A DNA stretch of 64,000 bases from Promethearchaeota archaeon (GCA_048939995.1 JBHLOY010000005.1:64001-128000); one strand, 5' to 3'; positions 1 to 9,028 are shown, counted from the first letter of the stretch. Numbers and translations: made by a program. The notes: generated by a model not told the origin, from the sequence alone.

Positions 1-393
1 GGCTAAAGCAATGAGATTAATTTCATTAACTTCTTTATTCCTCCAAAATCCGTGAAAAAATATAATGGTTGGTCTTGGTTCAGGATATCGACATCCCTTA
101 GAGGTCAATGTTGTCTCTGAAACTGAACGATAAAAAATCCCAGCCGATTTAACACCATCTTCGAATTTAATTTCTACTTTTTGAATATCTACAGTACTTT
201 TAGAGATATTTTCAAAATGACTTTCTGGTCTGTGGATTCCTGCTTTGAAAAGCGCAAACCCAACGAAAATAGAAATAATAATATATATAATTCCCAGAAA
301 TAAATTTTCGTAATCAATAAAAATAACCAAAATCAAAATGCTGTTAATAATTATGAATATAGGAAAAATTAATAATAAAATCCAAAGTCGCAT
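1..393 (-). CDS. Membrane-anchored alpha/beta-hydrolase-like protein, 5' part (runs off window edge)
   Basis: Manual translation from ATG at 393: MRLWILLLIFPIFIIINSILILVIFIDYENLFLGIIYIIISIFVGFALFK... (2 TM segments), then PEPRPTIIFFHGFWRNKE (HG motif); frame stays open to position 1. Confidence 0.6.
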   Translation of the reverse strand, partial: MRLWILLLIFPIFIIINSILILVIFIDYENLFLGIIYIIISIFVGFALFKAGIHRPESHFENISKSTVDIQKVEIKFEDGVKSAGIFYRSVSETTLTSKGCRYPEPRPTIIFFHGFWRNKEVNEINLIALA

Positions 394-455
394 TTTTAAA
401 TAAATAAATTAAACCTATTTTTACTTTGCTTTTAAAAAAATAATGAAGAAAGAGA

Positions 456-1346
456 TTAATGACCTTTAAAATTCAAAGTAATATTTTTCAATAATTCTTT
501 ATATCTGGAGCGGAGAGTCACTTCTGTGACCCCTATTATTCGAGAAATGTCTTTTTGACTCACCTTAACGTTTCTTAATTTTGCTATTAAGTATAAAGAT
601 CCCGCACATAGACCTTTAGGATCTTTCCCTGATATAGATCTTCTTTTTATATAGTTTTGAAGCACTTGAACTGCCTCTTTTTCCACTTCGATTCCCAAAT
701 TCAGGTCTGCGCAATAGCGGGGTATTAAGGAGACTGGATCTATATGGGAAATCTTTAAATTTAATTCCCTTATAAGAATTTTGTAACATTTTTTAACAAT
801 ATTATCATTTATTGAAGCCTCATCTAATATCTCTTGAAGCGTAATTGGCACTCTCTCATCTTTGCAAGCATAATAAGCGCAAGCAGCAACCATTCCGTTA
901 ATAGAACGCCCCCTAAGCAACTGTCTTTTAAAAACCTCCTTATATAACCGAACAGCTGACTTCTTTACTCTTTCTGGAAAATTTAGATTTCCTCCAATTC
1001 TTTTTAGTTCTGTAATAGCCATGAGCATATTTCTTTTTTCCCATGATAAATGTGTATTCCATTTTGCTGCCCTTCTTAAGTCAGGATTCTTAATTTTTGT
1101 CCTGTCAATAACCGTACTTAAACCAATATCTGGCATTAAAATTGACATGGGTGACCCTGTTCTTTCCTTCTTATCTTTTTCATGTTTTGAATATGCCCGA
1201 ATTCCACTATGATTTATGTCAAGTCCTCTCTCTCCAACAACTAAACCACATTGCTTACATACAGTTTCTCCTCTTTCTTGGCTAATTATTGTTGCACCAC
1301 CACATTCTGGGCAAATATTAGACAGCGCATCTATTTCAACAACCAT
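456..1346 (-). CDS. tfb: Transcription initiation factor IIB (TFB)
   Basis: Zn ribbon CPECG..CKQCG, B-reader ERTGSP, cyclin repeats (LLRGRSI, GKDPKGLCAG, VTEVTLRSRYKEL). Confidence 0.95.
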   Translation of the reverse strand: MVVEIDALSNICPECGGATIISQERGETVCKQCGLVVGERGLDINHSGIRAYSKHEKDKKERTGSPMSILMPDIGLSTVIDRTKIKNPDLRRAAKWNTHLSWEKRNMLMAITELKRIGGNLNFPERVKKSAVRLYKEVFKRQLLRGRSINGMVAACAYYACKDERVPITLQEILDEASINDNIVKKCYKILIRELNLKISHIDPVSLIPRYCADLNLGIEVEKEAVQVLQNYIKRRSISGKDPKGLCAGSLYLIAKLRNVKVSQKDISRIIGVTEVTLRSRYKELLKNITLNFKGH

Positions 1347-1933
1347 ACTTTAATACCTCAACCTTATTTTTGATAAAAAATTTTTTTGTCGCTTTTTTCA
1401 TGCGAAAATTTTGAACACAATTAGTATGATTTTTTACACACACATATTTTTTTGTTATGATCAAATTAGCTCATTTTAGTATTTAAATATTATGGTCAGA
1501 AACTCACTATTTATAAATGATTTATAAACAAATTTTCCCTTTTTTTTTTTTACAACAAATTAAAATTTTGCTCAGGAGTATAAATTTATTAAAATTTTTT
1601 TTAATAAGGAGTTTGGTGTAAAGGGAGTTAATAAAGACACATAATATCCAGACATGATTTTACAAATAAATGTGGATCTTAAATTTCACCATATTTCAAT
1701 TTTTTCACACGAATTGAAGGGAAAAAAAAGAAATAATTATCACTTTTATTTGGCTTATTACGCCCTTAAATCAAAAATTCTTATTTACATAAAATTAAAT
1801 ATATGAAATACATTATCATCTTGATTTGATAACAAATCTATCCAAATATAAAGGTGATCCTTAAATCACTAAAGCGCCTTATAAATCTGATGACAAGGAA
1901 AAAGAACGGGAATTAGACAAGTCAGATAGAGAT

Positions 1934-2893
1934 ATGAACAAGGATGAACAAAAACAAAAAGATAATGAATTAGATGATATTAGAAGAACATTTAATGAAG
2001 AAGAAATTGAAAATCTTGATTTAGAGAGTGAATTAGGGAAAAAGTTGATAGAATTATATGAAGATCAAACAGAAAGACATGCTGTTTGGCGTGGTAACGT
2101 TACTGAGGCTTTTAAAAAGTGGTTAAAGGGAGAAAAAATATATAGTCGTGAAAAAGAACGCATCTCGTTATATGTAGAAGAAAAAACTAAAGATGAATGG
2201 CAAGAATTTATCAACAAGAATAAAAAGGACTTTCCAACCTTTTCCGAGCTAATTAGACAAGGAGTAAATACATTTATAGAAGATTCTAAACTAGGAGGGA
2301 ATCCATTGTCAAAATTGTATCAAAAAACTATTTCTAATATTTCTCACGCATTAAAGGAACCCCTTACCTCAATCAAAGGTTATTCACAATTTTTATTTGA
2401 AAATGAAACTTATAAAGAAAAATTAAGTGAAGATGTTCAAGAAAAACTTAAGAATATATTAGAACAAAGCAATATTCTTGAAAATAGAATAATAAGCTTC
2501 TTGGACAATATTAAAATCCAGAACCATGAGTATGATATCCTTTTAATCGAAGATGATTTAGCAACAATTCGATTAATTACAAGTTATTTTGATAGCAAAG
2601 GATATATGTGCAAAGGCGTCGTTAGTGGTTCAAAAGGATTAGAGGAATTAGGGAGAGCTCAACCAAAAGTAATTTTACTAGACATAATTCTACCCGACTT
2701 AAGTGGGTATGATATTTGTAAAACCATAAAATCAGATAAGGAGTTTAAAAAAATACCAACTTTCTTTTTAACTGCAATTTCTGGTTCTGAAGTCGAAAAA
2801 CATTTAAAAGAAACTAAAGCTGATGGATATATATTAAAGCCATTTAACTTTTCTGATTTTAGAGTAATTTTTGACATTTTGAATGATGCCTAG
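1934..2893 (+). CDS. Unknown N-domain + RHH + HisKA(DHp) + receiver domain protein, paralog 1
   Basis: RHH-like ERISLYVEEKTKDEW..FSELIRQGV; H-box SHALKEPLTSIKG; REC IEDD, LLD250, T280, KP302; no HATPase motifs. Confidence 0.85.
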   Translation: MNKDEQKQKDNELDDIRRTFNEEEIENLDLESELGKKLIELYEDQTERHAVWRGNVTEAFKKWLKGEKIYSREKERISLYVEEKTKDEWQEFINKNKKDFPTFSELIRQGVNTFIEDSKLGGNPLSKLYQKTISNISHALKEPLTSIKGYSQFLFENETYKEKLSEDVQEKLKNILEQSNILENRIISFLDNIKIQNHEYDILLIEDDLATIRLITSYFDSKGYMCKGVVSGSKGLEELGRAQPKVILLDIILPDLSGYDICKTIKSDKEFKKIPTFFLTAISGSEVEKHLKETKADGYILKPFNFSDFRVIFDILNDA

Positions 2894-3034
2894 TCATCCT
2901 TACATAAAGAGTAACTCTTTTATTTTTATATAAAAAATTTTTTATTTTTACAAAAATTAATTTTTATCTGGTAATCAATATTAGTTTTCAAATATTTTTT
3001 ACATACAGATATAAATTTATACATACTGAGATCT

Positions 3035-3988
3035 ATGGCTGAGCAAGAAATTCAAGACAGTAACCATGACGATAAGGATGAGCATAATGCTCCATTAATG
3101 GCTGATGAAGAAATTGAAAACCTTGATTTAAATAGCCAAAAAGTAAAAGGACTGATGAAAAAGTATGAAAAAGAAACTGATAAATATGCTGTCTGGCGTG
3201 GAAATGTTACTGAAGCTTTTAAGAGATGGTTAAAAGGAGAGAAGATTTATGATCGCGATAAAGAAAGAATTTCACTCTATGTATCTGAAGATACTAAAGA
3301 TGATTGGCAAGATTTTATAAACCAGAATAAAGAAACTTATAATACGATTTCGAAACTCATTCGGGATGCGGTTGATTATTTTATTCATGAAAAGTCTAGC
3401 ATTCTCGGTGATCGCTTTAATAAATTGGACACTGAAGCTTTAACAAATCTTTCTCATGCACTAAAAGAACCTTTAACTACAATAAAGGGTTTTTCCCAGT
3501 TATTACTTGAAAATTATCAAAACCAATTGGATGATAAAATATTAACAACTATTCAGAATATCTTTGATCAATCTCTTCTTCTTGAAAACAGGATTATTAA
3601 TATTCTTGATAATATAAAAATAGAGTCAACCCAGTATGATATTCTATTAATTGAAGATGATTTAGCCACAATTAGGCTACTCACAAGTTATTTTGAAAGT
3701 AAAGGATATACTTGTCAAGGAGTTGTAAGTGGCACAAAAGGAATCGAAGAATTAAGAAGTAATCTTCCTAAATTAATATTACTAGATATTATCCTCCCAG
3801 ATTATAGTGGTTATGAGATCTGCAAAATGATTAAATCAGACCCTAAATTAAAAAATATACCTGTATTTGTTTTAACTGCTATCCCTGGATCTGAAGTCGA
3901 AAAACATATGAAAGAAATTAAAGCTGATGGCATTATCCTAAAACCTTTCGATTTTTCTGATTTTGAAATTATTTTCAAATTATTATAA
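3035..3988 (+). CDS. Unknown N-domain + RHH + HisKA(DHp) + receiver domain protein, paralog 2
   Basis: Colinear with 1934-2893: AVWRGNVTEAFKRWL, ERISLYVSEDTKDDW..ISKLIRDAV, SHALKEPLTTIKG, IEDD..LLDIILPD..LTA..KPF. Confidence 0.85.
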   Translation: MAEQEIQDSNHDDKDEHNAPLMADEEIENLDLNSQKVKGLMKKYEKETDKYAVWRGNVTEAFKRWLKGEKIYDRDKERISLYVSEDTKDDWQDFINQNKETYNTISKLIRDAVDYFIHEKSSILGDRFNKLDTEALTNLSHALKEPLTTIKGFSQLLLENYQNQLDDKILTTIQNIFDQSLLLENRIINILDNIKIESTQYDILLIEDDLATIRLLTSYFESKGYTCQGVVSGTKGIEELRSNLPKLILLDIILPDYSGYEICKMIKSDPKLKNIPVFVLTAIPGSEVEKHMKEIKADGIILKPFDFSDFEIIFKLL

Positions 3989-4111
3989 AATTCCTCTATT
4001 AAAAAAATCAAAAATTAATGATCTTTTTAGCTTTAGTGTTATCCTAAAATAGAAGATTTCTTATATTATATCTACCTTATTTTACTAAGTAATTATACTT
4101 CTAATATGGAT

Positions 4112-4248
4112 GGGCTATTGGCGCAGTCAGGTAGCGCAAATATCTCATAAATTTTTTATGAGTTAGTAGAACCGGCTCTTAACCGGCAGGTCGGGGGTTC
4201 AAAATTTCATTAGGCTTTCCCTAATGATTGAAAATCCCCTATAGCCCG
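4112..4248 (+). tRNA. tRNA-Lys(CTT) with two non-canonical introns (about 4138-4169 at the D-stem/anticodon-stem junction; about 4204-4233 in the T-loop)
   Basis: Acceptor GGGCTAT/ATAGCCC+G, D-stem GCGC/GCGC, anticodon arm CCGG-CT CTT AA-CCGG, T-arm GGGGG TTCAA..AT CCCCT; both inserts fold as hairpins. Intron boundaries approximate. Confidence 0.85.
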
Positions 4249-4366
4249 CTTTTAATTATGTAAGGTCACACTCATCCTAAAGAAAATGAGATTTACTTTT
4301 GTATTATGTAATAGTCAGTTAGAAGTTAAATCAAAATGTTTTACTCTCTTTTTACCCTTATATGAG

Positions 4367-4467
4367 CGCAGACGGAGGGACTCGAACCCTCGAGCGCTTT
4401 CGCGCACCGGCTTGCTTGAATAAAGCTTTACTCAAGGCCGGCGTCTTACCAGCTAGGCTACGTCTGC
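4367..4467 (-). tRNA. tRNA-Ser(TGA) with canonical 37/38 intron (4413-4430)
   Basis: Reverse complement: acceptor GCAGACG/CGTCTGC, G73, long variable arm, CCGGC-CT TGA G[18 nt]A-GCCGG; BHB helix CUUG/CAAG. Confidence 0.9.
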
Positions 4468-4644
4468 GTATTAAAGATAATCTTTTACCTTATTTAGTAT
4501 TAACATATTTAGTATTAAAATAGATTATATTTAATATAATAAATCTTTTTTTATTCTTTTCTTTACAATGGTAAGGCTTTTACGTTATTTACGGAAAAAT
4601 ATAAATTTTACCCCATATTTAACTCTTATTGAGATGGTGTAAAA

Positions 4645-5127
4645 ATGAGTGCAGCTAAAGATTTTCGATATCTCATACCTCAACGAATTTTTGATGAGAT
4701 TACTCAAAAAGCAGCTGAAGAATATCCCTATATTATACATTTTTGGATATTTGCGGATAGAAAAGAAAATTTCGGGATTGTAAATAAATTCATAATTAAT
4801 ACAGATTTACGCAAGACTAAAGCTCATGTAAAACCTAGGAGTTGGATGCGCTATAAAAAATCAAAAATCTACAATATGCGTAAGTTCAAGCAGGAGCTCG
4901 GTTGTGACATCGTATGGCAAGGACACTCCCATCCCGGAGGCAACGAGAAGCTTCATGGGATTGACAAGAGGATCCTCAAATATTTATCCAATGGCGTCAT
5001 GATAGTAATAATTCCTCCCGTTCCAGATAAGCAACAAGAACCTCATTTGGTAGGATGGTACTATGATAAGAGATATACTAAAAAACCTATAATAGAAAAA
5101 ATGATTTTTGAGATAATCTCTGAATAG
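4645..5127 (+). CDS. JAB/MPN (Mov34) domain protein with divergent JAMM motif
   Basis: WQGHSHPGGNEKLHGID resembles HxH-x7-SxxD; N-terminal helix followed by YP as in JAB proteins. Confidence 0.7.
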   Translation: MSAAKDFRYLIPQRIFDEITQKAAEEYPYIIHFWIFADRKENFGIVNKFIINTDLRKTKAHVKPRSWMRYKKSKIYNMRKFKQELGCDIVWQGHSHPGGNEKLHGIDKRILKYLSNGVMIVIIPPVPDKQQEPHLVGWYYDKRYTKKPIIEKMIFEIISE

Positions 5128-5263
5128 ACAATAGTAAACTATGCTGCTATTGTCATTCTCTTCTTTTTTAGACTTCTATGCTTATATAAAAAAATTAAGT
5201 AAAATTAAAAAGTTTCCAAATTTTTGATTCTGTAATTTTTACTTATTAGCTGAAGAATTAGCA

Positions 5264-6436
5264 GTGAACGAAATATCCATAATAAATCATGAAATCGAAC
5301 CAATCGAATCAAAAAGAGAATACTTTCTTCAAATTGATATCCTTAAAGCACTAATGATATTTTTGGTAATATTTGATCATACAATTCCTTGGGACTACAA
5401 AGATTATATGGGAGTTGCATTATGGGAAAGAATTTCGATACCAATATTTTTAGTAATATTGGGATTTAATGTAGCACACTCATTTAGGCAAAAAGGACAA
5501 GTAAAGTTAAAAGAACTCTATTCTTGGAGCTATTTCAAGCGCAAATTCTGGCGTTATATTTTTCCATTTTTGATTCTCTATTTTGTGTCAACTCTACTTG
5601 GTTTAATTATTAATGGTTTTGAGGCTTTGACTCAGTTTCAACCTCAATGGGATTATAGTCATCTTATTATTGGAATCTTACCTTTTTGGGGACCGGGGAA
5701 CTGGTTTTTACCGGTGCTTTTTACATCTATTATTCTCTTACCACTCATATATAAAGGGTTTTCAGGCAAATTAATATGGAGAATAATCACTCTTATTGCC
5801 TGCTTCGCGGTTGAAATAGCAGTTCGTTTAATATTTTTCTTCTACGTTTATATGCCAACACACTTGGTATCATTTCCAAGTTGGCAGGCTTTCTATAATT
5901 ACTTGCATACATACCTTTGGGTGGCTACGAGCCCACTTTTTATGCTCTCTGCTATTGGATTAGGTATGTGGATTTCTAAAAATCCAAATGTCTTAGCAAG
6001 ACAAAACAAGTTTATATGGGTTTTATTTTTTTTAAGCTTACTTTATCTTATAGAATATCAATTTTTTGGATTTAGATTCACAGCTTTCGGGCTTCCGCTA
6101 ATACAAGGGGATTATAACTTTTTAGTATTTCCCTATTCTGCTTTTCTATTTCTACGAGCGATGAAGGGATTTCCTAAAAAAAGTAATAATAAATTTTTAA
6201 AATCCATTGCTGTTATAGGGAAAGCAAGTTATCACATCCTCTTAACCCAAATTCTTTACTTTGCCATAGTATATTCTATATATGGGGATCATTATTGCGC
6301 TAGTCTTCTTGGAATAAATTATACCAATATTGGGATATGTTTCTTATATTTACTAATTAATTGGTTATATTGTATTCCCTTTGGTGTCCTCTGGTGGTAT
6401 ACAGAAAACAAAATACGTACTTATCGAAAGGGATAA
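5264..6436 (+). CDS. Acyltransferase-3 family membrane protein
   Basis: QIDILKALMIFLVIFDH, IPIFLVILG, GNWFL, IGKASYHILLTQ; about 10 TM segments. Confidence 0.85.
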   Translation: MNEISIINHEIEPIESKREYFLQIDILKALMIFLVIFDHTIPWDYKDYMGVALWERISIPIFLVILGFNVAHSFRQKGQVKLKELYSWSYFKRKFWRYIFPFLILYFVSTLLGLIINGFEALTQFQPQWDYSHLIIGILPFWGPGNWFLPVLFTSIILLPLIYKGFSGKLIWRIITLIACFAVEIAVRLIFFFYVYMPTHLVSFPSWQAFYNYLHTYLWVATSPLFMLSAIGLGMWISKNPNVLARQNKFIWVLFFLSLLYLIEYQFFGFRFTAFGLPLIQGDYNFLVFPYSAFLFLRAMKGFPKKSNNKFLKSIAVIGKASYHILLTQILYFAIVYSIYGDHYCASLLGINYTNIGICFLYLLINWLYCIPFGVLWWYTENKIRTYRKG

Positions 6437-6561
6437 ATTGGATTAAATTAAAATGACTATAATTTTCATAAAATGGAGTTTATTCCTTTTTAATGAAAAA
6501 ATATTAAAATTTTGGATTTTTATATGCAAAATATAGATAAAGTTGCTATTAGGAGAATTAT

Positions 6562-6664
6562 GCTCAGGTCGCTTAGCCTGGTAGAGCGTATATAACGTGC
6601 CTAAAGCGCCGGTCTGCTAAACCGGTGTCCGATGGACCCGTGGGTTCGAATCCCACCCTGAGCG
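6562..6664 (+). tRNA. tRNA-Ser(GCT) with D-loop intron (about 6586-6603, position ~21/22)
   Basis: Acceptor GCTCAGG/CCTGAGC+G; anticodon arm CCGGT-CT GCT AA-ACCGG; long variable arm; BHB GGTA/TGCC with 3-nt bulges. Confidence 0.9.
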
Positions 6665-6684
6665 TCTCTATAAAGTATATATAA

Positions 6685-6757
6685 GGGCTCGTGGTCTAGT
6701 GGTTATGACGTCGCGCTTACACCGCGAAGGTCGGGAGTTCGATCCTCCCCGAGCCCA
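6685..6757 (+). tRNA. tRNA-Val(TAC), intronless
   Basis: GGGCTCG/CGAGCCC+A; TCGCG-CT TAC AC-CGCGA; GTTCGATC T-loop. Confidence 0.95.
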
Positions 6758-7546
6758 CTAATCTCCAAATAGATTCTTTATTCTTTCGGCTCTAATAGCA
6801 CTTATTTTACAATTGATTAAATATTTACCAATTTCAGAGATTATTCCAGGAGCCTCGGTTCCTTCTTTTAATCTCACAATACTCTCTAAGAAACCATAAC
6901 TTCCTAAAGAGATAATATCTCTTATATGATTAGTTCTAGTAAGAGCATTTTTTACTTTTCCTATTGTTTCTCCACTAATGAAAACACTATCTATATCATC
7001 GCTTATTAATTCTCTATAAAAGCGTAAAGTATCGTCTGCGAATATTCCCTCAATGTGAGCTTTCTCTTTATCCACTTTTTCAATTTTAACAAAAACTGGA
7101 AAATTGTTTATGAAATCATATTTTTTAATAACTTCTGAAATAGAAATCTTTTTCCCACTGCATAATTGATTCCTGATGGCGTAAAGTGTTATTAATACAT
7201 CAGTTTTGGGATTTAATATACCACAATCAACAAAGATGCCAAATCCAACCTTTCCTACATCTACCATTAAAGCTTTATATACGTCTCCAATAGATACGTT
7301 ATCAAAAATCTTAATAGCACCAATTTCTTTTTTTAAAAAGTTGCAGACGAAAACTTCCTCAGGACCATTGATTTCAATTTCAAATCTACTATCGTAAGGC
7401 CTTAACTTTTTTATTCTAATTTTTGTATTTGGAAAAGCCTTTATCTTTTTATTTAAATATCTTAAATATTTAGAGAAGTAACTTTTTTTTTTTTCTTCTG
7501 ATGAGAGATTATAAATCTTATCTATAAGAACTAATTTTTTAACCAT
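6758..7546 (-). CDS. DUF2110-like conserved archaeal protein (S1/OB-like segment)
   Basis: Motifs VDVGKVGFGIFVDCG and EGTEAPGIISEIG recalled from this family. Confidence 0.7.
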   Translation of the reverse strand: MVKKLVLIDKIYNLSSEEKKKSYFSKYLRYLNKKIKAFPNTKIRIKKLRPYDSRFEIEINGPEEVFVCNFLKKEIGAIKIFDNVSIGDVYKALMVDVGKVGFGIFVDCGILNPKTDVLITLYAIRNQLCSGKKISISEVIKKYDFINNFPVFVKIEKVDKEKAHIEGIFADDTLRFYRELISDDIDSVFISGETIGKVKNALTRTNHIRDIISLGSYGFLESIVRLKEGTEAPGIISEIGKYLINCKISAIRAERIKNLFGD

Positions 7547-7703
7547 TTATTAAAATAAGACCTTTGATTGTAATAGGTTTAATAAAATAATAAAATCCAA
7601 AAAAATATTTTGTTTTTTCCAATATTTAGTCCTAAGAAGATTTAAATTTAAATAATTTATGTTAGATTACACGATAAAAATAAATCTAAATTTGATAAGA
7701 GTT

Positions 7704-8075
7704 ATGGATGAGCAAAGATTTTTTGATTTAGTCGCAGCATTAAGAGAATATGAGGGAACTGAAGAGATTTTTTTATTAAATGCTAATGGTGAAATTCTTT
7801 TTATGTCTGAAAATTTTTCATTGACCAAAGAAGAGGCGAAAGAAATACTAGACGCTTGGAAAGAGAGTAAACCTGCTCTTACATTCCAAAATTTCAGATT
7901 CGCAATATTAAAGAACGATGATATTCAGCTAGCAGCGAAAAACATCACTCAAGGAAAAGGAAATATTGTTGGGTCTATAACAAAAGAAGGAGATTACCTT
8001 GTTGCTCATACAAGAGACGAGGGGATGATCTTACTAGAATGGTCAATATTCATTAACAAAGTTGCATGGAGTTAG
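7704..8075 (+). CDS. Profilin-like protein (Asgard type)
   Basis: Likely start MDEQ at 7704; IFLLNANGEILFMSENFSL..LTFQNFRFAILK..LAAKNITQGKGNIVG resembles Loki profilin strands (from recall). Confidence 0.7.
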   Translation: MDEQRFFDLVAALREYEGTEEIFLLNANGEILFMSENFSLTKEEAKEILDAWKESKPALTFQNFRFAILKNDDIQLAAKNITQGKGNIVGSITKEGDYLVAHTRDEGMILLEWSIFINKVAWS

Positions 8076-8228
8076 GACTAATTTTTTTTAGTCTTATTCA
8101 AATCATGGAGATTTGAATAAATCTTTAAAACATTAAAAAAAAATATAAATTGAATTATTTATTACTTCAATTTAATCAGTAAAAAATAATGTAAATAAAT
8201 AAAATTAAAAAAGTTAAAGGAGTTTATA

Positions 8229-8954
8229 ATGTTCCAGCAAGCAGGAAGAGGTTATGATATGGCTATAACTCAATTTTCCCCAGAAGGTCGTCTATTTCAG
8301 GTGGAATATGCCATTGAGGCTGTACGGAGAGGGACGACGGCTATTTGTTGTAGAAATAAGCATTCTGTTGTATTTGCCGTCGAAAAGAAGAGCTCTGAGC
8401 TGCAAGAGGTTATTGGTTCAGAGAAAATTTTTAAGATTGATGACCATATTGGAGTGGCGATTGCTGGACTTACGGCAGACGCGCGCGTTCTAGTTGATAG
8501 AGCGCGTGTCCAAGCTCAGGTTAACCTTTTGAATTATGATGAGAAAATTTCTGTGAAGGATTCAACTTTAAACATTTGTGAATATTTACAATTATTTACC
8601 CAAAATGCAGGAGTTAGACCATTTGGTGTAAGTTTACTCATTGGTGGAATAGATCCTGATGGTAATGCTGTTTTATATTTGACGGATCCTTCAGGAGCTT
8701 CATGGGGATACAAAGCATTCGCAATAGGTTCAGGAGCATCTGAAGCAAGGGCTTATCTTGAAGAGCATTATAAGGAGGATATCAATGAGGAAGAACTTAA
8801 ACTACTTCCACTGAGGACGTTAAAGGAAATAATGGGAGATAATTTGAATAAAAATAGTTGTGATATTGCTTTCATATTAAAAGATGATGTGTCATTTAGA
8901 TTGTTAAATTTGAAAGAAAAGGAAGAATTACTAGCTAAACTTGTAACTTCCTAA
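8229..8954 (+). CDS. psmA: Proteasome alpha subunit
   Basis: GYDMAITQFSPEGRLFQVEYA, GLTADARVL, RPFGVSLL. Confidence 0.97.
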   Translation: MFQQAGRGYDMAITQFSPEGRLFQVEYAIEAVRRGTTAICCRNKHSVVFAVEKKSSELQEVIGSEKIFKIDDHIGVAIAGLTADARVLVDRARVQAQVNLLNYDEKISVKDSTLNICEYLQLFTQNAGVRPFGVSLLIGGIDPDGNAVLYLTDPSGASWGYKAFAIGSGASEARAYLEEHYKEDINEEELKLLPLRTLKEIMGDNLNKNSCDIAFILKDDVSFRLLNLKEKEELLAKLVTS

Positions 8955-9028
8955 AAATTCAAGGTTAGCCTTTAAAGTTAAAAAGACAATACGTAAGCTC
9001 TCAGTATAGGGAAGAGGTCCATTGTATT

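Noticed and set aside
1539-1551. Long poly-T tract
   Set aside because: Homopolymers are common in this AT-rich genome; no evidence for a phase-variation role.
1676-1870. Recurring CTTAAAT(C) words at roughly 90-bp spacing upstream of the regulators
   Set aside because: Too short and AT-rich to distinguish from chance without comparative data.
4367-4467. Alternative reading as tRNA-Leu(CAA)
   Set aside because: The CAA lies in the intron strand of the BHB helix. G73 and the 37/38 BHB geometry give Ser(TGA).
4880-5000. Locally GC-richer patch inside the JAB gene
   Set aside because: It coincides with the Gly/His/Pro-rich motif; amino-acid composition may explain it.
4468-6561. Integrated mobile element between the tRNAs
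   Set aside because: No integrase, transposase or duplicated tRNA 3' end (att site) was seen.
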